Under the pieces are notes generated by a model. The model made no database searches and was not told the DNA's origin. It saw nothing but the letters and a program-made list of their open reading frames with translations. A program made the translations under genes and the position numbers. Below, piece by piece: positions 17,417 through 20,000 of a DNA stretch of 20,000 bases. Every line of letters starts with the position of its first letter. The stretch's first letter is position 1. The stretch is from an uncultured virus (IMG/VR IMGVR_UViG_3300030099_006902) (taxonomy: Duplodnaviria; Heunggongvirae; Uroviricota; Caudoviricetes): IMG/VR virus record IMGVR_UViG_3300030099_006902. The stretch is one strand, 5' to 3'.

Positions 17417-18613
17417 ATGCCTTATTATAAACGAAGCGAAAAATGTAAAAATGCATCTGGTAAATCTGGGAGTTTTGTAACTATTAAAAAAGATGGAGGC
17501 AAACGCCAGTGCTGGAAAAACAAAGCAGCATTTGAAAAAGCTCAAGCTGCTAGACACGCAAAAGGAGTTGCAGAAATTATGAATTTTACCGAAGAAAAGT
17601 TGTTGCAAATTATTTTGGAAGAAATTCAGAACCTTAAAGAAGTGGGTAATTATTCAGCTGCAGCCGGCACCAGCATAAGAGCTGCACAATTGTCAGGCAA
17701 CCGTGACACTCCTAAAAACTTCTTCCCGCTAAAACCTCACAGAAGCGAAACAGTTCCTTTGGATGATAAAATTATTAAAGCAATATTATCTTCTACAACA
17801 AATAAAAAATTAAATGAAGACATTCAGCAGCGCGTGCGTGACTTAGTGAATAAATTGGGAGGCGATGCGGCCGCCATTAAGAGAGTTGCCCAGCGTCTTG
17901 CTTTACCAGTAGCACTTGTAGCTTCGACGGTTGCTGGTGGACTAACGGGCGCTTATTTAGCAGGCAGCGATAGTGTTGATACTGGTGAAGAAATTGAGTT
18001 GCAAGTTCAAGATGCTGAAGAAGAGGATGTTTTTAGAGTAAAAGACATAGCAGGCACATATTATGATCAAGAACAGTTTTCTGGAATGACGAATCAACAA
18101 AAGATAGATGACGCATGGTCAAAATATGATATATCTATGGAAGCTCTCGACAAAGCTCCGGTATCAAGCACCGTATGGATTTACAAATATAAGATGATTC
18201 CAGTTGATCAGATTAGTCCCGATACTCCACTACCATTAATGGGCACTACAGCCGGCAGATACTATAAGTTTTTAAGAGATAGAGCAGAAGCTAATCCAAT
18301 GGTTGAACTGCCATTACTCAAAAATCAAGTGTATGGTGATGTAGGAAAATGGGCTGGTGGTATCGGAGGCAAAGGTAACTTTAAAAAAGCGGCCGATGGA
18401 TCACAAATCTTGCCGCCAGATTGGACAGTTGCATATACAGTATATGCTGATTTGATGGAAGAAAAAACACGAGATTTGCTAAACTATCATATTGACAATC
18501 CTGAAGAACGCGAGTTCCTTTATGAATCGCTCGGCGTTAATAGCGAAGAAGAGTTTAATAAATTTATTAAAGATACCATGTTTAAAATTGGGCGCCCGCT
18601 AGAAAGACGTTAA
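17417..18613 (+). CDS. Hypothetical protein, possible head-internal/virion protein; possible internal start at 17579
   Basis: 398-aa ORF: basic Cys-containing N-terminal 50 aa, then MNFTEEKLLQIILEEIQNLKE, then hydrophobic LALPVALVASTVAGGLTGAYLAG. CTATTTAT motif at 17382. Confidence 0.7.
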   Translation: MPYYKRSEKCKNASGKSGSFVTIKKDGGKRQCWKNKAAFEKAQAARHAKGVAEIMNFTEEKLLQIILEEIQNLKEVGNYSAAAGTSIRAAQLSGNRDTPKNFFPLKPHRSETVPLDDKIIKAILSSTTNKKLNEDIQQRVRDLVNKLGGDAAAIKRVAQRLALPVALVASTVAGGLTGAYLAGSDSVDTGEEIELQVQDAEEEDVFRVKDIAGTYYDQEQFSGMTNQQKIDDAWSKYDISMEALDKAPVSSTVWIYKYKMIPVDQISPDTPLPLMGTTAGRYYKFLRDRAEANPMVELPLLKNQVYGDVGKWAGGIGGKGNFKKAADGSQILPPDWTVAYTVYADLMEEKTRDLLNYHIDNPEEREFLYESLGVNSEEEFNKFIKDTMFKIGRPLERR

Positions 18614-18620
18614 AAAACAC

Positions 18621-18649
18621 TTGACAAGCATATGTGGCAATGCTATAGT
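18621..18649 (+). promoter_or_regulatory. sigma70-type promoter for the small membrane protein and the Mre11-Rad50 gene
   Basis: TTGACA (18621-18626) - 17 bp - TATAGT (18644-18649), extended -10 TG at 18641-18642, A-tract upstream. Confidence 0.8.
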
Positions 18650-18667
18650 TGTAATATGGAGGCAATG

Positions 18668-18820
18668 ATGAAGTTCATCAAAACAATTATTTTCGGATTT
18701 ACACTCGGATTTATTTCTTACCTTTCGTTGTCAGGAAACAACGGAGTGAATCTCAATGACGACTTGCTAAGCGACAAGCAACTTGACGCATTGATGAGTA
18801 TTGAAATCCCACAAGATTAA
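18668..18820 (+). CDS. Small (about 50 aa) membrane-anchored or secreted protein
   Basis: GGAGG SD at 18658-18662 supports a start at 18668 (or 18665) rather than 18632, which lies inside the promoter. MKFIKTIIFGFTLGFISYLSLSG is signal-peptide/TM-like. Confidence 0.6.
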   Translation: MKFIKTIIFGFTLGFISYLSLSGNNGVNLNDDLLSDKQLDALMSIEIPQD

Positions 18821-18831
18821 TAGGAGAACAT

Positions 18832-20000
18832 GTGATTAAAATTGCACACGTATCGGATATCCATATCCGAAAATTACGTTATCATAAAGAATACACTGCG
18901 GTGTTTAACGAGCTTTACGAAAAGCTACGAGAAGAAAAACCAGACATCATTGTAAACACTGGCGACACGTTCCACACTAAGTTGGACATGTCACCAGAAG
19001 CAATCAAAATGATGAGTGACTTGTTTGTCGGCCTTGCTGACATTGCGCCATATCATATGATACTTGGTAATCATGATATGAACCTTAAAAATAGTGGTCG
19101 TTTGGATGCTATCTCGCCAATCGTAGACTATCTCGATCACCCTAATATACATTTTCATAAATATGCATCAGTGGTGGAGGTAGCAGATGGTATTGATTTG
19201 CATGTTTTATCTATTGTGGATCCAGAAAACTGGCAAAAGGATCTGCCAGAAGATCGTGTTAACATTGCCTTATATCATGGCTCTGTTGTTGGCTCAGTCA
19301 CAGATAGTGGCTGGATGATGACACACGGCGATATTTCTCTTGACGAACTTGAGAAGTATGATTATGCCATGCTTGGTGATATTCATAAGACAAATCAAAA
19401 GGTAGATAAAGAAGGCAGAGCCAGATATCCTGGCTCTCTTGTTCAACAAAACCACGGAGAGTCAAATGACAAGGGCTACTTGATGTGGGAAATTCAAGAT
19501 AAAAATAAATGGAGCACTAGACATGTCGGCCTTACAAACCCCAAGCCATTCATCACAATCGAACTCACACAAAAGGGACGAATGCCACGAAATATTTCCA
19601 TTCCGTCTGGTGCTCGCCTTCGGCTCGTTAGTAATAATAATCTTCCGCTTGATGTGATGAAGCGTGCGGTTGATATCGCAAAGCATCGCTTTAAACCAGA
19701 GACTATATCATTTCTTAACAGAGCATCAGGTGAACGTGGCTCGGTGGATGCGTTAACTGATGGTTTACGCACTGAAAACTTGCGAGACATTGATGTGCAA
19801 GAAGAACTTATTGATGAGTATCTTGTTGCATATGAGGTTGAAGACAAAACACTTGAAAAGGTCTATGAACTTAATAAAAAGTATAATAAGTTTGTAGAGG
19901 ATAACGAAGATGTATCAAGAAATATTAATTGGAAGCTTGTTGATTTTGAGTTTGATAACCTTTTCAATTATGGTGACAGCAATAAAGTTAATTTTGAAGA
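18832..20000 (+). CDS. Mre11/SbcD (gp47-like) metallophosphoesterase nuclease fused in frame to a probable Rad50/SbcC (gp46-like) ATPase; 3'-truncated, absent from the ORF track
   Basis: AGGAG SD at 18822-18826, GTG at 18832. My translation: MIKIAHVSDIH...TGDTFH...LGNHD...LYHG...LGDIHK...YPGSLVQQNHGESNDKGY. Open to the window end, finishing WKLVDFEFDNLFNYGDSNKVNFE. Confidence 0.9.
   Translation, partial: MIKIAHVSDIHIRKLRYHKEYTAVFNELYEKLREEKPDIIVNTGDTFHTKLDMSPEAIKMMSDLFVGLADIAPYHMILGNHDMNLKNSGRLDAISPIVDYLDHPNIHFHKYASVVEVADGIDLHVLSIVDPENWQKDLPEDRVNIALYHGSVVGSVTDSGWMMTHGDISLDELEKYDYAMLGDIHKTNQKVDKEGRARYPGSLVQQNHGESNDKGYLMWEIQDKNKWSTRHVGLTNPKPFITIELTQKGRMPRNISIPSGARLRLVSNNNLPLDVMKRAVDIAKHRFKPETISFLNRASGERGSVDALTDGLRTENLRDIDVQEELIDEYLVAYEVEDKTLEKVYELNKKYNKFVEDNEDVSRNINWKLVDFEFDNLFNYGDSNKVNFE

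Noticed and set aside
18627..18644. Inverted repeat AGCAT-N8-ATGCT in the promoter spacer as an operator shared with the FKBP promoter repeat
   Set aside because: Only 5-bp arms, with different sequence and spacing from ACACC-N10-GGTGT; chance cannot be excluded.
18632..18667. Track start of the 62-aa ORF at 18632
   Set aside because: This ATG lies in the spacer of the TTGACA/TATAGT promoter; the GGAGG SD supports 18668 or 18665.
495..19847. All minus-strand ORFs and short alternative-frame plus-strand ORFs in the track (for example 495..896, 3802..4140, 3882..4124, 13642..13872, 16508..16807, 19494..19847)
   Set aside because: They lie within or across longer, motif-bearing + strand genes, show no recognisable domains, and read as shadow ORFs.
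1..20000. Stop-codon reassignment, as in some large phages
   Set aside because: Standard-code ORFs tile the window almost completely, and TAA, TAG and TGA all occur as stops at sensible gene boundaries.
1..20000. CRISPR array, tRNA, structured ncRNA, intron/intein or IS element
   Set aside because: Intergenic gaps are all under about 100 nt. I saw no spaced direct repeats, cloverleafs, or transposase, homing endonuclease or intein motifs by eye.

Overview
AT-rich, densely coding window with every credible gene on the + strand, most consistent with a large, probably jumbo, tailed dsDNA phage. Bases 1-15284 are a block of 10 uncharacterised, probably virion-structural (baseplate/tail-like) genes. 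The block includes two tandem paralog pairs, and several of its genes are preceded by a shared CTAnTTA motif about 22-26 nt before the ATG, a candidate phage late promoter. Bases 15285-20000 are a DNA metabolism/accessory block with near-consensus sigma70 promoters: RuvC-like resolvase, SlyD/SlpA-type FKBP PPIase, primase, a putative head-internal protein and a small membrane protein. The last gene, missing from the ORF track, is GTG-initiated and fuses an Mre11/SbcD nuclease in frame to what looks like the start of a Rad50/SbcC ATPase. Main leads: (i) a tail-collar-fibre-like (DUF3751/P2 gpH N-terminal) motif set apparently split across separate duplicated genes, (ii) the Mre11-Rad50 fusion, (iii) the candidate late promoter, which also marks one gene inside the early block, (iv) a recurrent hydrophobic-[ST]-[GAS]-[ST] peptide motif enriched in structural proteins. 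All family calls are from motif recognition by eye; no searches were run.
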